64,000 bases of DNA from Neodothiora populina (GCF_041146345.1 NW_027191408.1:1116001-1180000), one strand, 5' to 3'. Positions 1 to 13,859 are shown, counted from the stretch's first letter. The notes: generated from the letters alone by a model not told the origin. A program made the numbers and translations.

Positions 1-2
1 AT

Positions 3-1103
3 CGCTTCCTGGATCTATTAGCTCTTTGCATATGTCAAGAAAACGACACACTAGCAAGGATAGGCAGCAACTGCCTGCAACAACTCATCCTGCAGAACGT
101 CACGAAGTTCACTGCAGGACACTGGGATCGGATAGTCGGTGCTTTCATTGACCTGTTCGCGCGGACGGAAGCCACCGCTCTCTTTTCTGCAGCGACATCG
201 TCATCTTACCCACGCAAAGATTCGTCTGCGTCATCGACGAATGGCGCACCAGTCAGACCCAACTTGAGCGAAAGTGCGTCGGCAGATCCAGCGAACCCGG
301 AGAACTCTCTTCCCATGAATGGCAGCTCTCCGGATCCCGAGGCCTCATCGATTGCACTGAGAAGCGGTCGACCGCGCGCTGGAACTGCAGCAACGATGCA
401 CTCGTTCGACTCTGGCGATCTGGAATCATTCGCTCCCTCTCCCAACCCATCCCAGTCCACTGCAACAGTTCCCGTCACGGCTGCCCGTCGCCGCTTCTTC
501 AACCAGATCATCACGAAATGTGTCTTACAGCTGCTGATGATAGAGACTGTGTCCGAGTTATTCTCGGTGGACTCGGTATACTCGTCTATCCCCTCGCACG
601 AGCTTTTGCGTTTGATGGCGTTGTTGAAGAAGAGTTACCACTTCGCTCGTCGCTTCAACGAGGACCGGGATCTGAGAACACGACTCTTCCGCGAAGGCTT
701 CATGCGTCAACCACCTAACCTGTTGAAACAAGAATCAGGATCCGCATCAGTCTACGTGAGCATACTACTACGCATGTTCGCCGACACAGGCGCCGAACGC
801 CGTTCTTCGCGCGCGGAAACAGAAGCCGCATTGATCCCTCTGTGCGCCGACATCGTCCGCGCCTACATTTCGTTGGACGAAGAGACCCAACAGAGAAACA
901 TCGTCACCTGGCGACCCGTCGTCGTCGACGTCCTCGAAGGCGTGGCCGGGTTCGAAGAAGCCGACTTTCGAAAACACACCGAGACGTTTGCGCCTCTAGC
1001 GGTCGGTCTCTTGGGCACGAGGGATCTGGGTCTGGAGCTGCAAAGGGCGGTTCAGGGCTTCTGGGCCAGGGTGTGCGAGGTTGGTCTCGGTGTCAAGATT
1101 TGA
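3..1103 (+). CDS. sec7: Sec7/BIG1-type ARF guanine-nucleotide exchange factor, C-terminal part (5' end lies before the window)
   Basis: Frame open from base 3: RFLDLLALCICQENDTLARIGSNCLQQLI...IITKCVLQLLMIETV...FNEDRDLRTRLFREGFMRQPPNLLKQES...LDEETQQRNIVTWRPVVVDVL, matching the conserved fungal Sec7 C-terminus; stop TGA at 1101-1103. Confidence 0.93.
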   Translation, partial: RFLDLLALCICQENDTLARIGSNCLQQLILQNVTKFTAGHWDRIVGAFIDLFARTEATALFSAATSSSYPRKDSSASSTNGAPVRPNLSESASADPANPENSLPMNGSSPDPEASSIALRSGRPRAGTAATMHSFDSGDLESFAPSPNPSQSTATVPVTAARRRFFNQIITKCVLQLLMIETVSELFSVDSVYSSIPSHELLRLMALLKKSYHFARRFNEDRDLRTRLFREGFMRQPPNLLKQESGSASVYVSILLRMFADTGAERRSSRAETEAALIPLCADIVRAYISLDEETQQRNIVTWRPVVVDVLEGVAGFEEADFRKHTETFAPLAVGLLGTRDLGLELQRAVQGFWARVCEVGLGVKI

Positions 1104-1280
1104 GATTTCTATGTTTTGTGGTGGACATCATGTAGAGGAAGAGAAAGAAGAAGAAGAAAAAGAATTTATTTTTATTATATTTTCAAACTGTGATTATATT
1201 CCACTATGTCCGCTGTTATAGTGTGGAGAAGGGAGTGGGACAGTTGGTGAAAGGGGATCGAGCTTTTTGGTTTTTTCCTT

Positions 1281-1332
1281 TTCTATATAGATATATATCT
1301 CTGTGTATGTGTACGTATGTATGTGTGTGTAC
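1281..1332. repeat. Compound (AT)n/(GT)n microsatellite-like tract in the sec7-medA convergent intergenic region
   Basis: ctatatagatatatatctctgtgtatgtgtacgtatgtatgtgtgtgtac read directly. Confidence 0.7.
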
Positions 1333-1799
1333 ACTGGTTACCGTCTCTTTCTTCCTCCTCTTCCTTCTCCTCACATCCTTGTCCTATAGACCCTTACGTA
1401 CGCCTATTCCTCGTCTTTCTCTCTATACGAGCGACTAGTTCTCACCATCTTCCAAGTCCTCGCCTTGCAAGCACCTACCTCCTTTCCCTTTATTCACATT
1501 CCTTGTCATCTTTTCACATCTCGCACACATAGTCCTGGAATCATACCTCACGATAGGCAAATCCATGCACAACACCGTACCTTCAAATTCTGTTTACGGT
1601 ACCAGACGATGACAAGACGATGACAAGAGTATGACAAGACGACAATCATCGCCAATCAGTTACATCGCAAAGTTGCGCACCCGCGAGCGCAGGGATACAG
1701 TATGACATTGACAAAACCTCTAGATCGAGTTCGAGTGCGCTGGTCGTGAGATTTGTCCACCGAGTGCTCCCGTTTGATTGGGTTTGGAGAGGGGTGGTG

Positions 1800-2140
1800 A
1801 GAAGTAGATACTGAGGTAGGAAGGTGGATGATTTATTGGAAGATAGATCGAAGTGAGGTGTAGATAGATGAATAGTAGACAGACAGATACATGGGTAGTC
1901 AAGCAGACAAATAATATGGAAACGGACAGATGAACATGGCGTCTACTAATGGACGGAGCGGTGAAACGATAGATGGATCAATAAAGACAGACAGAAAGGT
2001 AGCCAGATACATGGCCAGCCACTTGGAACGAAGGAAAACTATCGACACGAGACATTTCCAACGATGATAACTTGACAGAGGACAGGCTAGACATATAGCT
2101 ACAAGCGGATCAGGTGGCAGACAGACTGGCTGACTGACAG
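1800..2140. repeat. Degenerate GATA/GACA/GACT tetranucleotide low-complexity region
   Basis: Recurrent tagatagatg, agacagacagat, gacagacagaaa, gactggctgactgac. Confidence 0.55.
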
Positions 2141-3484
2141 CTGGATCCATGCCCACACGGAGTCGAGTCAGTGGACATGTGAAACTAAGTCTCTGCTCCC
2201 CATTGACCGAGCACTGGACACATGACCGGGGTTTTAAACGTGGAAAGTGTGTATTCAGTCAAAAGCAATCCCCGCGCCGAAAATGGTGCAGAAAATTGGT
2301 CTATGAACTTACAATCCTCGATATAACCTTCGTTATATAGTTACGCTACGGAGGAGAGTTCAGAAGTCAATGCACACAGTGCGCAATGTTTCATGAGACA
2401 AGTATAAGAGGAAAAAGTGGTGATCACAACGCGCAATCAAATGAACTCGAACGGTCTGAAGGTGAAAAGAATTGTTATTTTCTTCAGGATTAATCAATAC
2501 TAATACGATGGGGTGCATGTGTATGAAAGTCGCTACTCATTTGCGAACAAAAGCCAAACAAAAACCAAAGAAAGAATCGAGCAGGGGGGGTATCATCTTC
2601 CGATTTCTTTCCCACCAAACCAGAGAATGCAGCAATAAGAAAATAAAACAGAAAAACGCCCCAAGGGTCGCCCCTTAACCATCTTCCTGTATGCGAATGT
2701 GTGTTAAACGCCCCCTCTTAGCCTCTCTAGTCACCAGATGCTCCCGGATGCCAGAAAATAAGCGAGAGAAAAAAGCAGAAATTAGAGGTCATTGTTCGTT
2801 CGCCTGGATCGTCCAAATAACCAGCTGGCCCCAGGCCCTTTGCAAAATTGCAGAAAATGAAAAAAGACAAACGCGTCGAGACAAGTACACAAAAGCACAT
2901 TACACCATCCTTGGCGGTGGGTCGTCCATGAGATTATTAGTGATTAGTCGAGGGCATTGTTTTAGATTGCCAGCGGTTGATGCAACCAAACGCCTGTGCG
3001 ATCTCGTGAGAGATGGATGTCCGATGCTTTCTCTATAAGATAGTCGAAATGCGACGCTTCGGTCCATGTCATGCGCCCATGTTGCAGAGAACGCCGAAAG
3101 CTCCTAAGAAGATGAAACACCTGGTAAAGCGATCCTAGATGACGATGCAACAGAAAACGTGCGTCGTGTTGTCGCGAGGCCAATACAGAATTCTGCGTGT
3201 TTGTTGAGTGTTGATTGATGTGTGTGTTGCATGCGTAAAATAAGCCTCCTTGTGAAATGTATCCCGAAAGGCAGATGATGTGGTCACACGGGACAAAGTT
3301 TTAGATTGTCAAAGCTGCCCGATCCCGAACCGCTGGAACGCCCCGAGGCGGATGGCGCCGCGTGACACCCCAGCGTTGGTCGAATCCAGCCAACGTCATC
3401 TGAGCAAACTTGAAACTCTCCTGCGCAACACTTGACACACCGGATTCCAGGTCATTCCCAGTTCTTTGGATTTGCCGTTTTGAA

Positions 3485-5934
3485 TCAAGCGTGGGTGGTA
3501 CGGTGAGGGTAGTCTTTCCAATCTTGCTGCTGCGGTTGATGCTGCTGCTGTTGTTGCTGCTGCGGCACGAAGCCGTAGCCGAGAGACTGGCTGATCGACG
3601 GGATCCGTTGGAACTGTTGCATACCAGGGTTTGTAGGGCTGGGATCGAGATATTGACTAAAGTCCCAGGAACCACGTCCGGCTGCTGAAAGATCGTTCGT
3701 GTAGTGAGTCGATGGTTGATGCCAGGAGACACTTTGCGACACTGGAATGCCCAAGCGCAATTCCGGATGTCCTGCTGACACGCCTGCCATACCTCCTGAT
3801 AAGCCTGCGTGGTGTGCTGAAAGTGCCGTAGACGTCATGTTGCCAGGGTAGCCCATCGTGGCGCCTGAACTATCTGCTGAAGGTGGAGAGTGAGCAGGCA
3901 TCTGCTGCCTTCCTGGCGCAATCATGCCGGGTGAAGGGAGCGCGGCGGCGGTCGAAGAGTAGCTGGCAGACTGATGCTGTTGGTCAGTACACTGTCGCGA
4001 CGTCGTCTATTTGCAGGTGACTTACATATTTGCCGATGATCTTCTTCAGGGCATGTGCCAGGATTCGCCACGGAAACACTTTGACGTCCTTTTCAATATT
4101 GCGTGGCTTGGGGCTTGGGAATCCCATGATGACCTTGAAAAATTCTTCGCAGTCAGGCCTCGTCTTCGAAACAGTCATAGGACGGAAGCCTTCCAGGTTG
4201 CGACGGATGCGATTCTTCTCCTCCACAGTGAAGCGTACAGCGACCAGTGACTCTAATAGTTGTATGGTATCAACACTGGTGATGTAGCAAGCCTCTCTCT
4301 CTGCCCACCAGATACAGTTGACATAGATGCAGCCGGGGGCGTGGGCGTGCTCCTCAGGAGTGACGGGCTCAAAAGCGGCGCTGATGGTGCTACCGCTCTG
4401 AGAACGACGGAAGCGAACGATGCGTCTTTGTACAGTACGCTCCTCCGCAGTCCAATTCTTTGACATGCCATCTAGATCTCCCTCGAGTTTAAGAGTCGCC
4501 TTCGTGTTGGCAGGGTAAATGGCGTATGGGTTGAAGGTCGCGGGCTGAGGATGAGCGGCCGAGGTTGGTGAGCCGTGTAGAGCAGTCGTGCGGACAAGAG
4601 GTGGGTTGGCACCATTTGCGGTAGATCCTCCCATAATGTGCGGTTGCGCTGGCGCAGAAGCACGCTCCGTCGTCATATATGGAGGATATGAATTGTACTG
4701 AGGCTCTTGCGCTCCCATGCCATGGGTCGAGCCGTATTGCTGGCCCATCGCGTAGCCGGGGGCCGATTGCACACTCTGTGAGTATTGGTGTTGTGGAGCG
4801 TTGTATGACCGTTCGTATGGCACTGCTGCACTGTGAGGGCGGCTCGTGTATGGCTCTGGGATCGTCGCAGAGATTGGCGAGGTTTTGCTGCCATCAGAAC
4901 TATTGATGGGCGAATCCCGGAGTTGCTGATTTGATGGTCGCTTTGAAGGCGTTCGCATATCTTCCTCGGTCGGAGAGAGCTTGCGCTTCCTCATCGTACT
5001 TTGAGACGGGCTAGAGAGTTGGAACGCAGTGGCATCAGTATATATGAAGTGGCCAAAGTCTACATGTATGCCGGAAGCGTTGCCTCCTTCGGACATCTGT
5101 AGGTAGAGCGGTACGGTTGTGGCGGTGGCGCCGGTGGTGTCAAATGGTGGTACATCGACTGTGAGCGCATAGTTGCACTGTTGGCTTTGATTGCTCATCT
5201 TCAGAAGAGTACCTTCACACCTTTTAGAGCCAAAGACAACTGCAAAAGTCGAAGCCGGTGGCGCTTGCAGATCTTGGCTGGAGTTGAGGTAGAGAAACAA
5301 CTTGCGTCCGGCAGGCCCTTGAGCTGGTGAAAAGGACGTGATTTCCGGGACATGACGAGGTTGTGCAGGAATAAATGAAGAATACGAGCCATTGTGATGA
5401 CTGTAATTAGCGTCATGGGTCTGGTATTGGTCTTCAGATAGTAGTGGCAGCTCTGCCGCGTTTGGGAGACCAGATGGTACCTGCGCATGAGTACCTGCGT
5501 ATGAAATGGCGTACGATGGTTGAACAAACGCCGGATAGGCTGGTGCCTGATCAGGTCGTGTGGCAGTGCCATAGTCTGCATGATGAGATTAGTCATATGG
5601 CTGCGGGTAGATCCGCAGGATCATCAAGTCAGGTGGACAGGCAGATACATACCATACGCATAGGCTGGGTTTTTCTCGTAGCCAGACATTGAAGCGATTA
5701 GACTTCCGTATTCCGACGAGGCCAGGAGGCCACCCTTTTGGGCCTCCTGACAGGCAGCGACTAAGGAGTCTGGTAGGATTGACTCTTCGTCAACGATAAT
5801 TGGAGTGACTGGGGCTCTTGGTGACAACTGGATGCGATGTTAGTCTGGGATTCACCAGGACTATGGAACTGATCGGTCTCCAGAAAGAACCTGTGATCGA
5901 AAAGCAGAGACTTTTGACGAACCTGAGTTGGCAT
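3485..5934 (-). CDS. medA: Medusa (MedA/Acon-3/Ren1-family) developmental transcriptional regulator, ~740 aa; exons 5934-5923, 5827-5653, 5575-4026, 3970-3485
   Basis: Conserved MedA core: NWTAEERTVQRRIVRFRRSQSGSTI...NCIWWAER...YITSVDTIQLLESLVAVRFTVEEKNRIRRNLEGFRPMTVSK...FFKVIMGFPSPKPRNIEKDVKVFPWRILAHALKKIIGKY|SASYSST. Introns 5922-5828 (GTTCGT..ACTAAC..CAG), 5652-5576 (GTATGT..ACTAAT..CAG) and 4025-3971 (GTAAGT..ACTGAC..CAG) keep the frame. Start codon uncertain. Confidence 0.92.
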
Positions 5935-8900
5935 GTATGTAGAAGGGATGTTCAGTTTGACAACAGTCTTAAATAAGGCGGAATCCGGAAAAAAGAGTTG
6001 GTTATTCAATACAATGTAGCTCGGCCGCCTGGGTCGGTTGGCTGAGCAGACGAGGGCTGGCTGAATGAATCTGATGAACCCCTGGTCTGAGCGAGAAAGC
6101 AGGAATCCGTCGAATCAGTTCGTCGACCGTGGCGGTGTAGATTAGGAATCTATGAGACGATGGACAGTCCAGCTGGTGTGAATGTGATGCCAATCTTCGA
6201 TGAAGGAGTTCGCGGTAGATTACAGGGATACCAGCGATGATGAACCCCAAGAACCTGAGTACCTGCCCTAGGTATGTTCCCGTTCCACTACCCACAAGTT
6301 GGCAATGATTGTCGTCAAGACAACATACGTCTGAGACGAAACCTGGAGTGATTGGAGGAGAGGTCGGTAAAAAGAGGTGGCAAGGTGGTTTATTCTGACC
6401 TGTGCGCCGATGATACGTACAGACAAAGAAATCTTTGAGCTGAAGTGAACACTGGTCCAGCCTGGCGCCAAAATAAGTTGTCGAGGTCGGAAGAATTAGG
6501 CAGAGGTTTGCAGAAGGGCAGAGATTGAACTGGCTCGGAATGCAAGAAAATGGCAGAGCAGCACCAGACGTCCAAGAAACAAATCACACTTTCCGTGAAT
6601 GATATTAGGAGGTATGGTAGTGATCGTGAAGGACTGATACTACCAAAGATTATCTCCCTTTGTGGCAGTGGTATCAAAATGACAGACCACTAGTCTGGGG
6701 GCTGTGGATAAGCTTCGGGTAGACTTGGAGGAGGTGAGGGTGATGACGACCAATTAAAAAGTCTGGGGATAGACTGGGCGAAAGCCAACAGACAGATTGG
6801 AGTGGCAGTATGGACAACACGTCGTGAAGAAAGTTGCCAGATTGGATTGCGAGCAACCGTGAGTCGGATCTGAGTCAATGCCGGGACGTGTTTCAACAAG
6901 TCTCGCAGGCAGATCCAGAGTTGGCAAGTGTAGAAGTGACGAGGAGGCGGGGTGGTAAATATCCTGAAACTTGCGGAGAGATATGAGACTGGCGCCCAGA
7001 GAAGACTCTGAATGCGTGTGGGTGATGATCTCGAAATGCGCGGTCAGAAGATATCCACTTGGACGCTTTCCCACAGCGTGATATCGAGGGTGGAAAGAGC
7101 GAGCAATTAGTGATGATTGAAGAAGAGACAAGACGAGGGCGATAGCTAAGTAAGAAAGAGGACTGAACGGTATCAGTGCATTTGCGGCCATTATGAGAGC
7201 AAGCCAGTAAATGCATCATCGACCGCTGGGGTGGATGACAGGAGCTTGGAGCAGCGGCGCATATCGTTCTAACCGTGACAGATGCGCTAACTGCACTGCG
7301 TAGAGCACAAGAGAATGCGGACAGGGCAGCAGCTTAGGTTCTGTGGGCGCCGCCAATTCTGGGCGCGAGCCGATGCGCCGCCCGCCCTTGCATGTCCCTA
7401 AACTTTAAGCATCTTTTACTTACGATTCAAGTAGGCACGATTACTGCTGATGTTATTGCTGCCGCTGCCGCCGCCGCTGCTGCTTGTCTGCTGCTGTAAC
7501 GTCTGCCAATCTTACCGGCGCACACACAAGGGAATCGGGGCCTTCGTTTTTGGTCAAGACCGCTCGGCCATTCTCGGACGGGAAGACAACGTTCAATTGC
7601 CCTAAAAATATTGAGTAGAGTAATGGCCGCAATCTTGACAACGGCGGCGGCCAACGGCGCTGGCGCGATGGGTAAGGCAGGTACCGAGGGCACGGCTATA
7701 CTGGTACTCTGTATTGATGATTTTGATTTGGTGGCATTGGTCAACGACAAGTCCCTTATTGCCCTTGCTGGCTTCAGCAGCTTTTTCCCATATTATCAGA
7801 TACAGGCACACCCAGCAACCTTGATCCCGTATGTGCGCCCTTATTGCTTAGACCAGGTCGAGATGGTTCCTGCATGATCAGCGAGGCATTGTTTGAGAGT
7901 GAGCACCCTGACCCTGACGCAGTGCCAGACCATGGCCGAGAAAGTAAGGGGAGGACGGCCACGGCCATGGGGAGAATAATCGCCAATGAGCAATGAGGTG
8001 TGAGGTGAAGCTTGAGGCTGTGCGTGAAAGCGCCTTGACGCATCGAGCAGTGATCGTCATGGCAGTGGAGCCACAGCGTCCCAATGCAGAATGGTGCAGG
8101 ACACACGGACCCACCGCTTCCCTTTTCGCTGGCATCGGCACCTCAGTTTGCAGAAAAGTCTCCGCAGAGATCTTCACTGTCAGAGCTGCCGGAGCTTTAC
8201 CCTCTACGACTCGAAGGGTTGTTTGGCACGTATCAAAATTGTCGCGATGTCGCTGCGTCTTGCGTCCGTGTTACTCTACTTTAATCTCACTGACAACAAA
8301 CAGCGCCTCTCATCATTTCCCTCCTCTTACGACGACGACGCCCTGTGCAAACGCATGGCTCGAGACTCACTGAGGGTTGCGGTTCAGCAATACCTGCAGT
8401 ACCTTACACAAATCACGAACTACCATGTGACTTATCTCAGGTCTAGAGGTGCATTCGCTTCGCCGCTACTCAACGGTCTTCGATAGCATGCGAAGTGGTT
8501 TGGACAGTCTATCATATCTATTCAATATCGATTACCGTTGTGCCTTCTTACCAACGTTCGCTTTTTTAACGTTATTGGCTCAAAATCTGAAGAAAATCAC
8601 TTCCCCTGCCACCCATTTTCCCCATTTGCAACTTCTTGACGTCCTGACTGGCCAGATTCGCTTCCCAGTACCTGGAGATGAACGGTCCGCCTCGTACCTT
8701 TCTGCGTTTGCATGTCGATATCCGCCCTGCATACTGGAACTGCATACCCGTCCGCGTGCGTTCCCGTTGGTCTTCCCCATACCGTTTAATCACTGGATAA
8801 ATCGCTGTTGTAGGTACAGGCAGTAATGCTTCCAATATATTGCGGTATAGAGCATTATCAAGGTGGATGGATTGTTCGGTATACGGCTTGTGACATTAGA

Positions 8901-11548
8901 AAGGCTGAAAGCGCCTACCGTTGACGAATCTTCCGGAAGGGGAAAAAGAAAGGACTAGGGTGTGAGACACTGACTGTAGTAGACTCCCCGTTCACGTGCA
9001 CGATCGCGATAGGATCCACCATCGCATCAGTATGTCCCCTCCCAGGACCGAATGTGCCAAGAATCGAACAGGGATCGAGCGTAATTGCTACAGCATTTCG
9101 TATACTGTAGGCAGACTACACAAGGTGCGTCACCAGCACAACGGTCGGCCATCTAGAGCGAAGTTGTGGGATTCAACCGCAACAGACCTTCAAGCAGTGA
9201 TTGTCTTATGAACACAGTCTGACTCTCCCGATAGCCGAGGCTCTTCAGATCCCTTTCACTTCAAGTAGGTGTCAAGAGTCCACATGGCTGACTCATGTTT
9301 GCTGCCTCAATCGCGGCCCGTAAACGTTCGTTTCTCACCTTGCTTGCAATGTTGTAAGGTATCTACCATCAACGGTGTGTCTCAAACCATCAGACTCTTC
9401 TCTGTCAGAGCATATCCACTTTCCGTTTACACCGCACAGTACGAAGTGGGCACGACGAGAACGGACGATAGTCCATTTGCGAAAAGGAATCTTTACCTGT
9501 TCTATCAACTGCGCGACTCGGTAAGGATAGGCCACCTTCAGAACTGCAATTGATAGTCTGGACTTTGAGGGCACCCGCGGAGAGTCCAGCTCGACTATTC
9601 TGGCCGCCTGACGTTCCGATTACCTTCAAGTATCAGCATTGACAGGTCATTTCCATATTGGCCTTATGGATGGACCTCGTTAAAAACATAAGGACAGGTA
9701 TCGCATCACGTAAATTCGGCTACGAATTCCTCAAAGATGACTTCGTGCTGTCATGAGCGCACATCATATCCACAAAAGTATAGCGTCAAGCCATGCTCAA
9801 GATGTCTCGCCATGGGGAAACGGTTCTTCTCCGAGCCGTCAGCCTTCGCAGCAACGCCATTCGCACAACACCCTCGCTTTGCGAAGCTGAGAATGCAAGA
9901 TGCACCGTGGCCCTGACCTTCAGAACGTCACGGTCAGCGAGGATCGAAAGCACACAGACTGTGCTAACTGTTATGAGCACCGCAAGATCATCTCTCGATG
10001 CCCCTTGCCTCGTGAGCGTTACATCGTCGGAGTCCGCGAACCGAATGGCCGCAGCTCCATATCAATCATCGGCTTCGGCGCCTCTATGCCAAAGGCAGTT
10101 GCCCAGGGCGGAGGTGTCTGAGACAGCGCGTTGCGTTATCCTTTATACTCCCAACATCCAACCAGGCTGGCTGCCCACGCTGCTTCGAGACATGGATGGG
10201 CATCAGGGGATTAAGATGTGTGGTGAGAGAACAACCTAGCTCTGTCGAGATCTCAGACAAAGCCATCGAAGAGGCTCTTCCCCCCCCTCCCTTTACGACC
10301 ATTGTTCATCTCAGACATGGGTCCTAGATGTGCCCGCCGCCCCGCTGCCGCCAACCGTAGAGTCCGCAAGAGGCTTGTGCTGGCATGTTGAATACCCGCC
10401 TAGGCTTGTCTAGAGTGTCGTGACCGGGCAAGGTCAGGAAGACGGCGAACTCCCACATTGCTTCCCTGGACGATTCAGGCTAATAATCATAGATTGTCCG
10501 AAGCAGGTGGACGGACCATTTGGCACGCAACGTCCTGTTGATCGCCCTTGTCAGTAGTACCGGCATGCGAGCTTGATTCCATATAATAAAGTGGAGATGG
10601 TGGTCCCATCTGTCGCCTATAGGATCTCGTGGGATTATGGGTTTTTTGCTTTGACGAAATTATCTCCAGCAGCAGACGCGTCTTTTGGACATCATACGCG
10701 AATTTGAAGCTCCAGGCTCAATCCTTTCCGTGCGTTGCCGAGCTTTTGACTAGGTAGTACTGATGACCTCTTACTCCTTTTATTTACTCGGTACTAAGCA
10801 AGAGAGCTCTATGGACATCTCCGTCTCCGTTGCGACAACACTAGCGGTCATCATGACCGCGAAAGAGCTGTTATTTCTTCTTGCGCTAAGTTCTGCCTCG
10901 GGATTAAGACATCATGGTCGCGGTCTAGCTAGACAGACTAAGAAGACGTCCAGCCTTCCGTTACAGTGGCTTCGACCAGCAACGACTCACCAGCCTCTGT
11001 TGTGTTTTCTTCTTCGAGTCATGCTTCAACACCACTGTCAAGCTTTACAACGGCCCTCATCCCTGTCGTGAGACCTTTGGCATTAATGTTTGGTGCACCC
11101 CGCTACGAGGTCTCAATGATTTGCGCTTCCATCTAATATAAGGCTGAGGTCAAGTAAGACAGATACCTGAATGACTTACTGGATCGTTACCCAGTCTACA
11201 AGTGACATAACATCAGAACTTCTAGTTGGTTTTTTATGTAGCATTGGGTCTGGTATCGTAGGTTCTATCTCCGAGCCACCGTCGAATTATGTATGATACC
11301 TACCCTTACTTTCTGATGTTTAAAGCTCAGTGAGCTATGTGTAACCCTCTCGTAGTACTGCTGCTTGGAGCATCATGGTCGTGTGCCGTGTAAGATCCGT
11401 GAAGTGGAGGAGGTCAAACGCCCTTTCCAAGTCTGTTGATACGACAGCACTCACCCAGGCCCAGCAATCCTCTCAATTCCCTTTCCGCATCTGCGGTCGA
11501 TGATTCCGACGCCTGCTTTCCTTGGGACTAAGAGGATGCAGCAAGCCA

Positions 11549-13859
11549 CTACTCCTCGTAGGCATAGAGTTTGTAATTCGGAATGGCGTCCTCATCATCG
11601 TCAACCTGATCGCCATCTTCCTCGTCCTCTCCGTCACCGTCATAGGCTTCAGCAGAGGAACGGGCAAAGTCGACGTCGACCTTGATCAGACCATGAGTAC
11701 CATCGAAGCCCTCCTCGTACATGAGTCTTTTGTACCACCTCTGGAGAGTTTCTGGATCATAGGGATGCTGAGGCTGGACTGCGGTGCCGGCATGGATCGT
11801 TCCACTAGCCACTTCGTTCTGGTCCCTCTCTCTGCACTTCTGGTTGACCGACTTGGCGATCCTGGTCCATTTGGTCTCGGCGTCCTGTTTCTCCATCTCA
11901 CGCTTGACGGTCAGGATGATGGAAGCGTCTTCGTCGCGGACGATCGCGAAGTTCATCTTGAGACGCTCGTAGCGGGTTGGCAGAGTGGAGTGGCCGTAGG
12001 TGGCTCCGGACATGGCGTCGTATTTTTCTTTGATGGTTTGCCAATCTTGTCCTTCCTGGTGAATTGTAAGTAAATTTTGAAAATAGTGATGAAGATAAGG
12101 ATTAGGGGTGGTGGGGGATTTCATGGATGTTTTTTCTTCGGTTTTGACCGCAATGATGGAAATGAGGAGAAGATAGAGATGTACTCACGTCACGCATGCG
12201 GATCATCATCTTGTCGGCTTCGTCACATTCTTCGAAAGAGCGTGGGATTGGCTTGAATCCAACCACCATGTTGTCTGCTCTTGCTGCCTTTGAAGGTAGA
12301 AAGATCTTGGTTAGCTGAATCTTCATCTTCATCTTCATCATAGTGATAAATAGCAGAGGTAAGATTGTATGCTTACTGCGTCTTTGTGATCTTCGTCTTT
12401 TTCTTGAGTGCTGGAAGCTGACTTCTTTGAGTCGCCAGAGATGTTGTTTGGTCTGTTGCTCTCAGGCGTGTTGCGAGAGGTTTGTTGACGTGCGGAAACC
12501 GGGGTCTCCTTGCTGATCCCTTGCCTGGTTTTAGTACTCGGCGCCGAGGTAGGTCTAGGAGTGCTTCTCTTCCTTTTCCTTCCTCTTACTTCACCTGCAG
12601 TAGCTCTACCACGAGTACTTGCGCGGATGGAAGACTCTTCAGCGTGAGGGTCAACAGTTTCCTCAACTTCAGTGTCATCTCCACTGTCATAGGCACTGTC
12701 ACTATCGCCAACAGAATCATTCGACCAATCACGCTGAGAACGTATCCAATCGATAACCCAGAACGGATCACGTAGATCAGTCGGACGATACGCATTTGAG
12801 TCTGGGCTGCGGCCTGGAACTGCCGCATCGGCAGCTGCTATATCGGCTCTTCCCGTGTTGACCGAGTCTGCGTCCTCGGATTTGAAGTCTCTTCCAATGC
12901 TCTCGACAGGGGCCGTCATGGTTGCAATCGGCGCTGTACGAGGTCGATTGGCGCTATAGCTGGATGCACCAGAGTCCTCGTCGTCAAGAGTGATGTCAGC
13001 GACCAAAGGTGCATTGCCGTTCAGGTTTCCAGTCGCAGTGCCACTGTTGTGGCCGGGCGTAAAATGGTCATCCTGTTCGGGGGTGACTCGCCATGCACTT
13101 CCCGGATCATCGTGTGGTTCATAGACTGTACGTCCTCCAGGTGCAAACTGGACATAGTGACCAGTACCAGGGATGTAAGTGCTGTGTCCGCCACTGCTAA
13201 GCAATCCATGCTATTTTAGGGTTAGCAGCTATGTCCTAGGCTTCTTACACGTGTGTGTCAATGAGATGACTGACCTGCAAGTAGGGTGTCATGGGAACTA
13301 GGTCCCATTGGGGGGTTCTTGGGCCTGAACGATCATCTTGCATTGTGGCACCGGCATTGTCCTGGACGTCTTCACTTGCGCTGCGGGAATCCGCGTTTTG
13401 AGCCTCTGAGATTGGGCCTGCGTTAAAACCATTTGGGAACGCACGAATTATGTTACCATTACGATCTCTGTAATGATAGTAATCTGGAGCATCGGATGCA
13501 GGGTAAGTCTGAGCGACATAAGAGTTGTAGATGCTTTGTGCATGGTCGCCATCTGGAATCCTTGCTGGAAATACAAACCCAGCTTGATCATTTTGGACCT
13601 CTTCAAACGATCTGCCATTTATCATGCTGCTGAGGGGGACAAAGCGACCGATGGATCTGGGACGCGAATCATAGTCGCTTCCTCTGACGCGACGAGGATC
13701 GATATCGCGCTGGTACGGAGGTAGGTCTTCATCCGACGTCACTCTATGAACCGGCGCCATGTCATCAAAAAGGGAGTTTTCCGATCTTTCATCTTGCTCT
13801 ATCTCTATACCGGGCAGTACAGAGCTGTAAGGAGGCAGGCTGTCGTAGGAGCCCGACAT
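11549..13859 (-). CDS. Uncharacterised ~674 aa protein: long low-complexity N-terminus with basic NLS-like RGRKRKR and C-terminal tandem Myb/SANT-like helical region; exons 13859-13275, 13210-12377, 12287-12189, 12055-11549
   Basis: Four ORF fragments are joined in phase 0 by GT..AG introns (13274-13211, 12376-12288, 12188-12056) with branch-like GCTAAC, GCTAAC and CTTAC. The C-terminus IPRSFEECDEADKMMIRMRD-EGQDWQTIKEKY...STLPTRYERLK...KWTRIAK...LQRWYKRL resembles a widespread fungal Myb-like hypothetical family. Confidence 0.75.
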
